A stretch of DNA of 64,000 nucleotides, taken from assembly GCA_950097015.1 (NCBI GenBank), contig CATNEN010000003.1:7254001-7318000 (forward strand), written 5' to 3'. The translations under genes were made by a program, and so were the position numbers. The notes under the pieces are model-generated. The model saw only the letters and a program-made list of their open reading frames with translations, searched no databases and was not told the origin of the DNA. Shown one piece after another: positions 49,480-61,699 of this stretch (position 1 is the first letter of the stretch; the number at the start of each line of letters is the position of its first letter). This DNA is from Macrostomum hystrix (Eukaryota > Animalia > Platyhelminthes).

Positions 49480-52100
49480 TCTTTCCAATCTCTCATTTCT
49501 CCCCTATCTTACATTTCTCGCTTTAATTCATCATCTCACATAGTCGTAGTATTTTCTTTCCGGCATCTCCGATCTCCCCTGTCTTATCTTCCCGTGTCTC
49601 ATCTTCCCGTGTCTCATCTTCCCGTGTCTCATCTCCGGTGTCTCATCTCCCCGTGTCTCATCTTCCCGTGTCTCATCTCCCGTGTCTCATCTCCCGTGTC
49701 TCATCTCCGGTGTCTCATCTTCCCGTGTCTCATCTCTTCCCATGTCTTATCTCTTCCCATGTCTCATCTCTTCCCATGTCTCATCTCTTCCCATGTCTCA
49801 TCTCTCCCCATGTCTCATCTCTCCCGATGTCTCATCTCTTACCACGTCTCTCACCATGTCTCATCTCTTCCCATGTCTCATCTCTTCCCATGTCTCATCT
49901 CTCCCCATGTCTCATCTCTCCCGATGTCTCATCTCTTACCACGTCTCTCACCATGTCTTATCTCTCCCCGTGTCTTATCTCTCCCCATGTCTCATCTCTC
50001 CCCGTGTCTTATCTCTCCCCATGTCTCATCTCTCCCCGTGTCTTATCTCTCCCCATGTCTCATCTCTCCCCATGTCTTATCTCTCCCAATGTCTCATCTC
50101 TCCCATGTCTCATCTCTTCCCATGTCTTATCTCTCCAAATGTCTCATCTCTCCCCATGTCTTATCTCTCCCAATGTCTCATCTCTCTCCATGTCTCATCT
50201 CTTACCACGTCTCTCACCATGTCTTATCTCTCCCCGTGTCTTATATCTCCCCATGTCTCATCTCTCCCCGTGTCTTATCTCTCCCAATTTCTCATCTCTC
50301 CCCATGTCTCATCTCTTCCCATGTCTCATCTCTTCCTATGTCTGATCTCTTCCCATGTCTCATCTCTCCCATGTCTCATCTCTCCCATGTCTCATCTCTT
50401 CCCATGTCTCATCTCTCCCAATGTCTCATCTCTCCCAATGTCTCATCTCTCTCCATGTCTCATCTCTTACCACGTCTCTCACCATGTCTTATCTCTCCCC
50501 GTGTCTTATCTCTCCCCATGTCTCATCTCTCCCCATGTCTTATCTCTCCCAATGTCTCATCTCTCCCATGTCTCATCTCTTCCCATGTCTTATCTCTCCA
50601 AATGTCTCATCTCTCCCCATGTCTCATCTCTCCCCATGTCTTATCTCTCCCAATGTCTCATCTCTCCCATGTCTCATCTCTTCCCATGTCTCATCTCTCC
50701 CAATGTCTCATCTCTCCCAATGTCTCATCTCTCTCCATGTCTCATCTCTTACCACGTCTCTCACCATGTCTTATCTCTCCCCGTGTCTTATCTCTCCCCA
50801 TGTCTCATCTCTCCCCGTGTCTTATCTCTCCCCATGTCTCATCTCTCCCCGTGTCTTATCTCTCCCAATTTCTCATCTCTCCCCATGTCTCATCTCTTCC
50901 CATGTCTCATCTCTTCCTATGTCTGATCTCTTCCCATGTCTGATCTCTCCCCATGTCTCATCTCTCCCCATGTCTCATCTCTCCCCATGTCTCATCTCTC
51001 CCCATGTCTCATCTCTCCCCATGTCTCATCTCTACCCATGTCTCATCTCTCCACCTTTGTCTTATCTCTCCCCATGTCTCATCTCTCCCCGTGTCTTATC
51101 TCTCCCCATGTCTCATCTCTCCCCGTGTCTTATCTCTCCCAATTTCTCATCTCTCCCCATGTCTCATCTCTTCCCATGTCTCATCTCTTCCTATGTCTGA
51201 TCTCTTCCCATGTCTGATCTCTCCCCATGTCTCATCTCTCCCCATGTCTCATCTCTCCCCATGTCTCATCTCTCCCCATGTCTCATCTCTTCCCATGTCT
51301 CATCTCTCCCCGTGTCTTATCTCTCCCCATGTCTCATCTCTCCCCATGTCTTATCTCTCCCAATGTCTCATCTCTCCCATGTCTCATCTCTTCCCATGTC
51401 TTATCTCTCCAAATGTCTCATCTCTCCCCATGTCTTATCTCTCCCAATGTCTCATCTCTCTCCATGTCTCATCTCTTACCACGTCTCTCACCATGTCTTA
51501 TCTCTCCCCGTGTCTTATATCTCCCCATGTCTCATCTCTCCCCGTGTCTTATCTCTCCCAATTTCTCATCTCTCCCCATGTCTCATCTCTTCCCATGTCT
51601 CATCTCTTCCTATGTCTGATCTCTTCCCATGTCTGATCTCTCCCCATGTCTCATCTCTCCCCATGTCTCATCTCTCCCCATGTCTCATCTCTCCCCATGT
51701 CTCATCTCTCCCCATGTCTCATCTCTACCCATGTCTCATCTCTCCACCTTTGTCTTATCTCTCCCCATGTCTCATCTCTCCCCGTGTCTTATCTCTCCCC
51801 ATGTCTCATCTCTCCCCGTGTCTTATCTCTCCCAATTTCTCATCTCTCCCCATGTCTCATCTCTTCCCATGTCTCATCTCTTCCTATGTCTGATCTCTTC
51901 CCATGTCTGATCTCTCCCCATGTCTCATCTCTCCCCATGTCTCATCTCTCCCCATGTCTCATCTCTCCCCATGTCTCATCTCTACCCATGTCTCATCTCT
52001 CCACCTTTGTCTTATCTCTCCCCATGTATCATCTCGCTTAATGTCTCATTTCTCCACAATCTCATAGCTCCCGTTACTCTCTCTCTCTATCTGTCTCTTA
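49480..52100. repeat. 16/17-bp TCTCATCTCTC-family minisatellite CCCATGTCTCATCTCTC
   Basis: Tandem units with 693-bp and 274-bp higher-order duplications (identical pseudo-ORFs at 50936 and 51629). Confidence 0.95.
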
Positions 52101-52251
52101 GAAAGGTCTATAATTTACAGACTGGGTTGATTGCCAGACGTTTATTTCGCCAGGATATTGAAATGTCCGGACTTCAGCCAATTTACAGTATCTATTATTT
52201 GGTCGGAAAATACTGACGTTTTGATTCCCAACCTGAGTTTTTTATTTTCTG

Positions 52252-52370
52252 AGTAGCAGAGCGGCTTGCGCGTTTGCCTCTTGCGCCAAGGTCCCTGAGC
52301 TCGACTCACGCCATTGAGGGCCATATTCAAAAGAACAATGAAATTGTACTCTACCTGACGATGAGAATTT
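52252..52370 (+). mobile_element. SINE family B deleted copy, tail-to-tail with the 52375-52605 copy
   Basis: agcagagcgg...cgcgtttgcctc...ggtccctgagctcgact...gagggcca...cctgacgatgagaa matches parts of the 46195 copy. Confidence 0.7.
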
Positions 52371-52374
52371 ACCA

Positions 52375-52605
52375 GACACTGATATCAAACGCAGGTACAC
52401 AATCACACAGGTGTGTACATCTGTACACTCTCTGTAGGCAGTGTACACTCTCACTGCCCATCGGAGGTCGGCCCTCAAGGGCGTAAATTGCACGACAAGC
52501 CCCCAATCCTTCTCACGGCCCAAATGAATGTTGCCTCGCCGTGGAATCGAGCTCAAGGACCTTGGTGTGAGATGCAGACGCGTTAGACCGCTCTGCCACT
52601 GACCC
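52375..52605 (-). mobile_element. SINE family B copy
   Basis: Reverse complement reads gggtcagtggcagagcggtctaacgcg...gagctcgattccacggcgagg...gggggcttgtcgtgcaatttacgccc... Confidence 0.8.
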
Positions 52606-55090
52606 TGGAAGTTATTATTACATTTAAGTCATTTCGTCACCTTCAATTATTTTATCTCAAAGGAAGAAAACAGATTGAACTGTTGATTGTGTTAATAATC
52701 GTGTCATTTGAAGAATTAGTTTCTTAAATCGATATTAAATTCATTTTCACAACAACCATAATATCATTCTCTCTTACTTCAATACTTACAACATTACTTC
52801 TAGTACTATTTAAATTGCGAATTAAATGAGGCCACAACATGGATTTGGTGCATCGAAAAGGCCATCGAAAAATCTCTAACTAAATAGATAGCTTCTAGCA
52901 AGAACAAATTTGTAATTCTGTTTTGAAAGCTTGTCAATGCAATCAGCATTCCTGAGTCCAAGACTTCTCAGCTCAGCAAACACCAAGCTTCTTGCATTCA
53001 AAATTTACGAGCTATAAATAACTGCACTCATTATTTCTAAGGCCTGCAATCGTCATGATTAATCAAACTGCTTCCCAATTATCATCATGATTAAACATTC
53101 AGAATGCCAAAGATCATAAATAATTGATCACACGGTCGCTTTGCAATGATCATCAATGATTAGTTATACTGTTTCCAATGAGCATCCCTAGTTAATTGAA
53201 GTTTGTCATGGCAAAACGTTACTTTTTGCTGTTTTAGTTAAAAAAAGAATGCTGTTCTAATTATTCAACTATTTTTTCTGTTGAATTAACACTGGGGTGA
53301 TATAAAAATTAGAATTTTTAGTAAATAACACGTTTTTAAAAGGCCATTACAGTAACGGATCATCAAACCAGTTTTAAAGTTGATACTAACTTTTCAACGA
53401 TATAAAATAGCAAAGGCTAACATAAAAAACTTGGAGAATGTTCAAAACTGAGCCAAAAACTGATAATTAAATTTTGTAGATAATAGTCATGGATTATTTG
53501 ATTGCGCTTTGATCCTAAATATGATACAGAAAATTGTATTGTAGTGTCCATTTTCCAGAATGAAACACGGAAATTTCTTGAACAGGCTGTTATTTGATAT
53601 CTATCTTCCAGATACCATTTAAACAGTTGGTCGTCAGCGGAAGCGTCGATCCGATTTCAACTAAACGTCACAACTTGACAACTTGACGAAACATGAGAAT
53701 GCACATATACGCATGAAAGTTGCTGAGTGATGGACTGACTGACACTCATCCATACAGTTATGATGGACAGAAGTATAGCCGCTGTACCCAAATTTAAAGG
53801 ACTCTTATGCTGCATTGTTGTTTAACAAATTCATTTCAACCGCTTTTGAAGACGCGTATACTGTACATTTTCAACAGTTTGACGACAAGAGGTTGACGAA
53901 TGCAATGTTTATTTTAACATTTTTATCACTCGAACTGACATACGAGTACATACCCGAGAGACAAAGGAAGAGAAAGAGAAAAAAATGTTACACATGCATG
54001 TAAAGTGCTTTTTTTGCCCCTGTTGCCTGGGCTTTTCAATTTTTTCCAAGTATCCTAAAGTGTTAGATTATCAACCCGATTATTAACCCAGTGTACGCGC
54101 AAGACACTGTTATAGCGAAGTTTTTACTTGATTCTGCTAAGATAAATGCCAGGAACAGAGGCAGGTTAGACACATCCTAGTTAAAGAGTGCAATTTCTTT
54201 AATTTACTTCTAAGCCAGATTGAGAAGCTTCGTGTTATTGTTCGTGAATTTACCTGCGCAAAAATTTCATAGACAAAAGAGCTACGAGCGTTAGAAAATA
54301 TCTAAATAAAAATCTAGCATCCGTTCTATAGTATTCCAAGGAATACTAGTAGTTACTACTATTAATAGTAGTAGCTACGTATTTAAATAGCCACGAATGA
54401 TATATATCAAATTTAAACGTGTTATTTAACTTGAAAATTTAGCATGCATAGGCAATTTGATTGATGGAGTTAATTGAAAAACAACTCAATATAATAAATT
54501 GTTAAATCAAGAAGAACTTTCATTACGCTCGTAAATATATTTTTATATATCAAATCATACCAAAAGCCATCAGAAACAACTTTTGTCCGATGTAAACTGA
54601 GAAGCACATAATAAACACGGATGTAAACCAGCCTGAATCATACGTTGGCCTTCCTAAAGCTATCGCAAGCCACATCTGTGGTCATTAGCATTATCTGCGG
54701 AGGTCAGCAAGGCCGGAATTTTCAATTCTGAATGCAGGAGGACGCACATTCACGCCTGGCCCCAGTCCGCACTGAACGCTGCAAAAGCAATCACTTGCGA
54801 TTTGGGCGGCAGGCGCTCAGCGATTGGCTGACGGCCCGGTGCTGGGGAATGACGGAGCACCTCTCAGTCCCGCCTAATGGAGGATGCTTTGGGAGCGCCT
54901 GGACCCACATAGGATAGAGAGGCGCGCGGGAGGAGTATGGAACGGAGGGGAAGCGTTGCGTTTCCGGATTCAGAAATGGGATTTAGGGATTAGGAGAATA
55001 AGCAACGCGGGTCTACAACACGCAGCGTCAAATCACGCTTGTAGCTAGGAGACCTAGCGGAAAACCAGGTTAGCCAGACCAGGCAACGAT

Positions 55091-56482
55091 ATGTACCCCG
55101 TTCTCAACAACGCGACCCCACCGCCAGCTGGCATCGGCATTGGCAACGGCAGCGGTATAGTGTGCAGCAGCAACCAGTCCCTGCTACAGGCTCGCCACCG
55201 ATGGCTATTCTCACCGGGGTGGCTCAAACCACTACTGTGCCTCGGCACGCAAGAATTCTGCGCTGAGACACAGCTGCGAAACTACCATTTTGCGAACAGC
55301 CTGCTGCCCTTTTCAACACTGTTTTGCGTCTTCAACGCTCTGAACATTGTCAACAATGCGCTGTCGTTCGTCATCTTCAGGAAGCAGGAGCGCGGAGCAG
55401 CTCTCACTCAGCGCATTGTAGTGCTGCTTCTCAAGTCTCTGTCGCTGATAGAGATTTTCTTTCATTTCTTCTTTCTGATGTATCACATCACGGAGTACTG
55501 TCTGTTCAGCTCCGCCATCTCATTTCCTGGCCTAGGGCCCAGCATATTTTTCTGTCTGGCCGTGAATTTGCTGATTGTGTTGCAGACATGCTTCCACATC
55601 GCTCGCAACTGGATTATAGTGATTATTTCCACATTTCGTTACGAAGCGGTGTGTCGAGCCATGGAACCAGTCAAGGTCTTCACCAGCGTCGCAAGAGTGC
55701 ACGCCATCATTGTGACTGTGGTGATTGCATCCTTCTTGATCTCGCTGCCTCGCGTCATTTACTTTAGCTGCGTCGCCTGCAACCGGGAGGGCAGCATCTA
55801 TTCGCTGGACTCCCTGGAGCTGCGACTTCGTCGGGAGCACTACGGCGCATTCAAAGTTGTTTACCAAATCGGCGCCCTGCTGGTGTTTCAAACCGGCGGC
55901 CCGATCCTCACTGTCTGCATCTTCAGCTGCTGCATCATTCTCGGACTGCGTCGGCACAGGAAACTGAAGCAGGCCTTGAAAAAGCAGCAGACGAATTCGA
56001 CAACAAATTCGAGCCAGGGAACGCAACAGCAGCAGCAGGCGGCATCGGAGCAGCAAGCTTCAAGGGGCAACCTTCTGGTCATTGTTCTGTGCATCACATT
56101 CCTCGTGCTGGAGTTTCCACTGTTCGTCAGCAAAATCCTCGAGGACCGCATCATGGATCGAAACATCGATGCCATCGTTGTTCACATGTCGAAGTTTGCC
56201 ACTCTATTCGACAGTTTCATTAACATCTTCATCTACAGCATCTCGAATCGCAAATTCCGTCAAGACTTGTCGCGTCTAGTGAAGCTGGACCGGCTAACGG
56301 AACTCTGCGCCCGAATCGCGCGCCGTTCGACGACAAACCAGGAGGAGACACTGGCACTGCGCAGTGTCAACACTGCCACCGTGGGGAGCGACCTGCCAGT
56401 TGCGCCGTCAACTATAGCCGCCTTCAGTTTGACAACTGAAGATGACAAATGCTTATTTAACAAAGAAAAAACTGCTATTTAA
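55091..56482 (+). CDS. Single-exon class A orphan GPCR, paralog of 44815-45987, 463 aa
   Basis: Seven hydrophobic segments; N-terminal sequons (NAT, NGS, NQS); TM3 RNW...STFRYEAVC, TM4 LPR, TM5 GGP, TM6 FLVLEFP, TM7 DSFINIFIY, helix 8 NRKFR; Q-rich ICL3; AATAAA at 56636 and 56644. Confidence 0.92.
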   Translation: MYPVLNNATPPPAGIGIGNGSGIVCSSNQSLLQARHRWLFSPGWLKPLLCLGTQEFCAETQLRNYHFANSLLPFSTLFCVFNALNIVNNALSFVIFRKQERGAALTQRIVVLLLKSLSLIEIFFHFFFLMYHITEYCLFSSAISFPGLGPSIFFCLAVNLLIVLQTCFHIARNWIIVIISTFRYEAVCRAMEPVKVFTSVARVHAIIVTVVIASFLISLPRVIYFSCVACNREGSIYSLDSLELRLRREHYGAFKVVYQIGALLVFQTGGPILTVCIFSCCIILGLRRHRKLKQALKKQQTNSTTNSSQGTQQQQQAASEQQASRGNLLVIVLCITFLVLEFPLFVSKILEDRIMDRNIDAIVVHMSKFATLFDSFINIFIYSISNRKFRQDLSRLVKLDRLTELCARIARRSTTNQEETLALRSVNTATVGSDLPVAPSTIAAFSLTTEDDKCLFNKEKTAI

Positions 56483-56635
56483 GCACAAAAGTACGTCGTT
56501 AAGGAAATTTTGGAGAAGTAAAAACAAAGCAACATTTACTGTACTTTAACACAAGCTGACTGTAATATGCTTGTATTATACTGCTCGCGGTACAGTACAT
56601 TTATGTCTTAGCTTGAGGCACTATCGCTTAAAAGA

Positions 56636-56649
56636 AATAAATTAATAAA
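56636..56649 (+). promoter_or_regulatory. Putative polyadenylation signals of GPCR 2
   Basis: Two AATAAA hexamers ~155 nt after the stop codon. Confidence 0.5.
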
Positions 56650-57575
56650 ATTCATTCAATTTTTAGAACTTAAAACGGTAATTCCTTGCGCAATGCTCAC
56701 CTAATCCGCTGCTTGTGTATCTGTTAACTTATCTGCACAGTCTGTAAAAGACTGCAGTACACTCAACCCCAGTTAGCGCAAAAGTACATCTCATGCCTTT
56801 TTGTGACCATTTTTTAGATTGTGACACACCATTCAAAGTTAAATAAAAGCCTACGAGCATTGCATCGAACAGGGGGTAAAATTCACATTGGTCTAATTGT
56901 TCGACGTCTGTCCAGTGAGTGATCATCAACAGCCAAAAAAATAATAACTGTGGTTGAATCCTATAGCGGGAAAACTTCATAGCTCATCCTAGTAGGATTG
57001 TGTTCACTTATTTTTCTAATTGGTCTGGTTTTTCTGCATTCAGGTCCTGTGTGGTATTGCGGCTGTGTGGTATTAGTATTTTTTATTATAGACTCTGCAG
57101 AACTTTAGACGTCAATGAGTTCTGCAGGCCCGAATCGCAATCCAGATAATGACAGCGATAATGACCGCCTATAATGAGCTAGACTGATGATGAGCTGATG
57201 AAATTTTCAACTGGTCAGAAATTCTAGATGGAAATTGCTTCCACGCGTGGTGAGAAAAAGAGGATATGGGAGATAAAGAAGAGACGAACTTTTTTTCTCG
57301 CTAGCCTTGTTGAAATTATTTATTGAACTTGACAGGCCATGGCCAACCGACTGTCCCCGAGCTGTCGTCGGAGGCCCACTGCTTTATGCACTTGACCAGA
57401 GTTCTACTGGTTCTCCACCCCCCCGATGAGCCCAATTTGTCTTGAATCTGTTTGCTAATCCGCTAGACAATCGGTCAATAGCTTAGCATCAAGCATTCAG
57501 TCAATACGAAATTAACTGCCTCAATTCTTTCATTTAGCTTGCTTTTTTCGTTTCAATGCTTCGTCTAGTGCACTA

Positions 57576-60500
57576 GTTTGTGTCTGATTGTCTACTCAAG
57601 TTTGTGTCTGATTGTCTACTCAAGTTTGTGTCTGATGGTCTACTCAAGTTTGTGTCTGATGGTCTACTCAAGTTTGTGTCTGATGGTCTATTCAAGTTTG
57701 TGTCTGATGGTCTACTCAAGTTTGTGTCTGATGGTCTATTCAAGTTTGTGTCTGATGGTCTACTCAAGTTTGTGTCTGATGGTCTACTCAAGTTTGTGTC
57801 TGATGGTCTACTCAAGTTTGTGTCTGATGGTCTATTCAAGTTTGTGTCTGATGGTCTACTCAAGTTTGTGTCTGATGGTCTATTCAAGTTTGTGTCTGAT
57901 GGTCTACTCAAGTTTGTGTCTGATGGTCTATTCAAGTTTGTGTCTGATGGTCTACTCAAGTTTGTGTCTGATGGTCTACTCAAGTTTGTGTCTGATGGTC
58001 TACTCAAGTTTGTGTCTGATGGTCTATTCAAGTTTGTGTCTGATGGTCTACTCAAGTTTGTGTCTGATGGTCTATTCAAGTTTGTGTCTGATGGTCTATT
58101 CAAGTTTGTGTCTGATGGTCTACTCAAGTTTGGTGTCTGATGGTCTATTCAAGTTTGTGTCTGATTGTCTACTCAAGTTTGTGTCTGATGGTCTACTCAA
58201 GTTTGTGTCTGATGGTCTACTCAAGTTTGTGTCTGATGCTCTATTCAAGTTTGTGTCTGATGGTCTACTCAAGTTTGTGTCTGATGGTCTATTCAAGTTT
58301 GTGTCTGATGGTCTACTCAAGTTTGTGTCTGATGGTCCAAGTTTGTGTCTGATGGTCTACTCAAGTTTGTGTCTGATGGTCTATTCAAGTTTGTGTCTGA
58401 TGGTCTACTCAAGTTTGTGTCTGATGGTCTACTCAAGTTTGTGTCTGATTGTCTACTCAAGTTTGTGTCTGATGGTCTACTCAAGTTTGTGTCTGATGGT
58501 CTACTCAAGTTTGTGTCTGATGGTCTACTCAAGTTTGTGTCTGATGGTCTACTCAAGTTTGTGTCTGATGGTCTACTCAAGTTTGTGTCTGATGGTCTAC
58601 TCAAGTTTGTGTCTGATGGTCTACTCAAGTTTGTGTCTGATGGTCTATTCAAGTTTGTGTCTGATGGTCTACTCAAGTTTGTGTCTGATGGTCTATTCAA
58701 GTTTGTGTCTGATTGTCTACTCAAGTTTGTGTCTGATGGTCTACTCAAGTTTGTGTCTGATGGTCTACTCAAGTTTGTGTCTGATGGTCTACTTCAAGTT
58801 TGTGTCTGATGCTCTATTCAAGTTTGTGTCTGATGCTCTACTCAAGTTTGTGTCTGATGCTCTACTCAAGTTTGTGTCTGATGCTCTATTCAAGTTTGTG
58901 TCTGATGCTCTACTCAAGTTTGTGTCTGATGGTCTACTCAAGTTTGTGTCTGATGGTCTATTCAAGTTTGTGTCTGATGGTCTACTCAAGTTTGTGTCTG
59001 ATGGTCTATTCAAGTTTGTGTCTGATGGTCTACTCAAGTTTGTGTCTGATGGTCTACTCAAGTTTGTGTCTGATGGTCTACTCAAGTTTGTGTCTGATGC
59101 TCTACTCAAGTTTGTGTCTGATGCTCTACTCAAGTTTGTGTCTGATGCTCTATTCAAGTTTGTGTCTGATGCTCTACTCAAGTTTGTGTCTGATGGTCTA
59201 CTCAAGTTTGTGTCTGATGGTCTATTCAAGTTTGTGTCTGATGGTCTACTCAAGTTTGTGTCTGATGGTCTATTCAAGTTTGTGTCTGATGGTCTACTCA
59301 AGTTTGTGTCTGATGGTCTACTCAAGTTTGTGTCTGATTGTCTACTCAAGTTTGTGTCTGATGGTCTACTCAAGTTTGTGTCTGATGGTCTACTCAAGTT
59401 TGTGTCTGATGGTCTACTCAAGTTTGTGTCTGATGGTCTACTCAAGTTTGTGTCTGATGGTCTACTCAAGTTTGTGTCTGATGGTCTACTCAAGTTTGTG
59501 TCTGATGGTCTACTCAAGTTTGTGTCTGATGGTCTATTCAAGTTTGTGTCTGATGGTCTACTCAAGTTTGTGTCTGATGCTCTATTCAAGTTTGTGTCTG
59601 ATGCTCTACTCAAGTTTGTGTCTGATGCTCTACTCAAGTTTGTGTCTGATGCTCTATTCAAGTTTGTGTCTGATGCTCTACTCAAGTTTGTGTCTGATGG
59701 TCTACTCAAGTTTGTGTCTGATGGTCTATTCAAGTTTGTGTCTGATGGTCTATTCAAGTTTGTGTCTGATGCTCTATTCAAGTTTGTGTCTGATGCTCTA
59801 CTCAAGTTTGTGTCTGATGGTCTACTCAAGTTTGTGTCTGATGGTCTATTCAAGTTTGTGTCTGATGGTCTATTCAAGTTTGTGTCTGATGGTCTACTCA
59901 AGTTTGTGTCTGATTGTCTACTCAAGTTTGTGTCTGATGGTCTACTCAAGTTTGTGTCTGATGGTCTACTCAAGTTTGTGTCTGATGGTCTACTCAAGTT
60001 TGTGTCTGATGGTCTACTCAAGTTTGTGTCTGATGGTCTACTCAAGTTTGTGTCTGATGGTCTACTCAAGTTTGTGTCTGATGGTCTATTCAAGTTTGTG
60101 TCTGATGGTCTACTCAAGTTTGTGTCTGATGGTCTATTCAAGTTTGTGTCTGATTGTCTACTCAAGTTTGTGTCTGATGGTCTACTCAAGTTTGTGTCTG
60201 ATGGTCTACTCAAGTTTGTGTCTGATGCTCTATTCAAGTTTGTGTCTGATGGTCTACTCAAGTTTGTGTCTGATGGTCTACTCAAGTTTGTGTCTGATGG
60301 TCTATTCAAGTTTGTGTCTGATGGTCTACTCAAGTTTGTGTCTGATGGTCTACTCAAGTTTGTGTCTGATGGTCTATTCAAGTTTGTGTCTGATGGTCTA
60401 TTCAAGTTTGTGTCTGATGGTCTACTCAAGTTTGTGTCTGATGGTCTATTCAAGTTTGTGTCTGATGGTCTACTCAAGTTTGTGTCTGATGGTCTACTCA

Positions 60501-60722
60501 AGTTTGTGTCTGATGGTCTACTCAAGTTTGTGTCTGATGGTCTATTCAAGTTTGTGTCTGATGGTCTATTCAAGTTTGTGTCTGATGGTCTATTCAAGTT
60601 TGTGTCTGATGGTCTATTCAAGTTTGTGTCTGATGGTCTATTCAAGTTTGTGTCTGATGGTCTACTCAAGTTTGTGTCTGATGGTCTATTCAAGTTTGTG
60701 TCTGATGGTCTACTCAAGTTTG
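57576..60722. repeat. 24-bp minisatellite CAAGTTTGTGTCTGATGGTCTA(C/T)T
   Basis: ~130 units; source of the 1065-aa pseudo-ORF. Confidence 0.96.
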
Positions 60723-61699
60723 ACCTTGACCGATCGAATTTTATGAGAAATTCAAAAAGAACTTTCAAAAAGTAAATTTATTAAAGTCAAAGTAAAAAAA
60801 AGTTTAATCAAATAGCACTTGTGCTATGCTAACTCCTAGAATTTTCCACTGACGTATCAAAGTTTCAGAATTTTTTTAGCTGAATCGATCAAAAGTAATT
60901 TTTAAAGCAAAACGACTTTTTTCTTCATATGTAATGTCAATTATCACGATATCATAGTCCAATACTTTATAATCCCCAGCCTGTTTGAATAACCAAATTT
61001 TGAATAATAGATGACACGCATTGTGTCGTGCTTCCAATTAGCCTAAAATTGTTCCGGCGGACCCTCCTTATAAATAAGCGACAAGTTTCTCGCGAAAAAA
61101 AGAACGTTAGTTTAACGAATTGGAAAAGCGCGCTTTGATTGCCTACTAGCTATTGAGCACGGGAACTAGGCAAGTTGTTGTAATTCAAATAAACTCCATT
61201 TTTAGCGTTCGGGTTCTCAACGGGCGTTTCCAAGTCAGCATAAGACCCTCAACCTCCCTGGCTCTCAACTAGAGAGGCTGATTGCACATCCATTTTCCAC
61301 TCAGCTATGCTTAACAGTGCGAGCTCTTTATTTCTTCACGGCGTGGATCAGTAGGCACAAGCCTATCACTGCACTACAGCGCGATGGCAAATGCTTTTTG
61401 CTTTGTTTTCTGACTAAACATTCAGCCCAAGGAGCAGATTCCTTACCAACCGAGGCAGCCCGTGCCGATTGGAAGTGAGTGATGGAGGCCAGGAGGGCAG
61501 CATTTTTGAGAGGCTCCGAAAAAGAACAAGTGGCTCGTGAGGCACTAGCGACCTGCTCATCGCCTCCGTGAGTACAACAAGTGGAAGCAGCGACTCGGCA
61601 CACGAAAGTGGAGAAGGTGAATGGAAGGTGCAGCCAGCTCGTGTGCTTTGAGTGCCTGAATGCACTCAATGGTATCAGTGCAGAAACCATGCCATGATT

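Noticed and set aside
57573-60775. 1065-aa, 659-aa and 648-aa ORFs
   Set aside because: Overlapping frames on both strands from a 24-bp tandem repeat, with frame-switching indels and no unique coding sequence.
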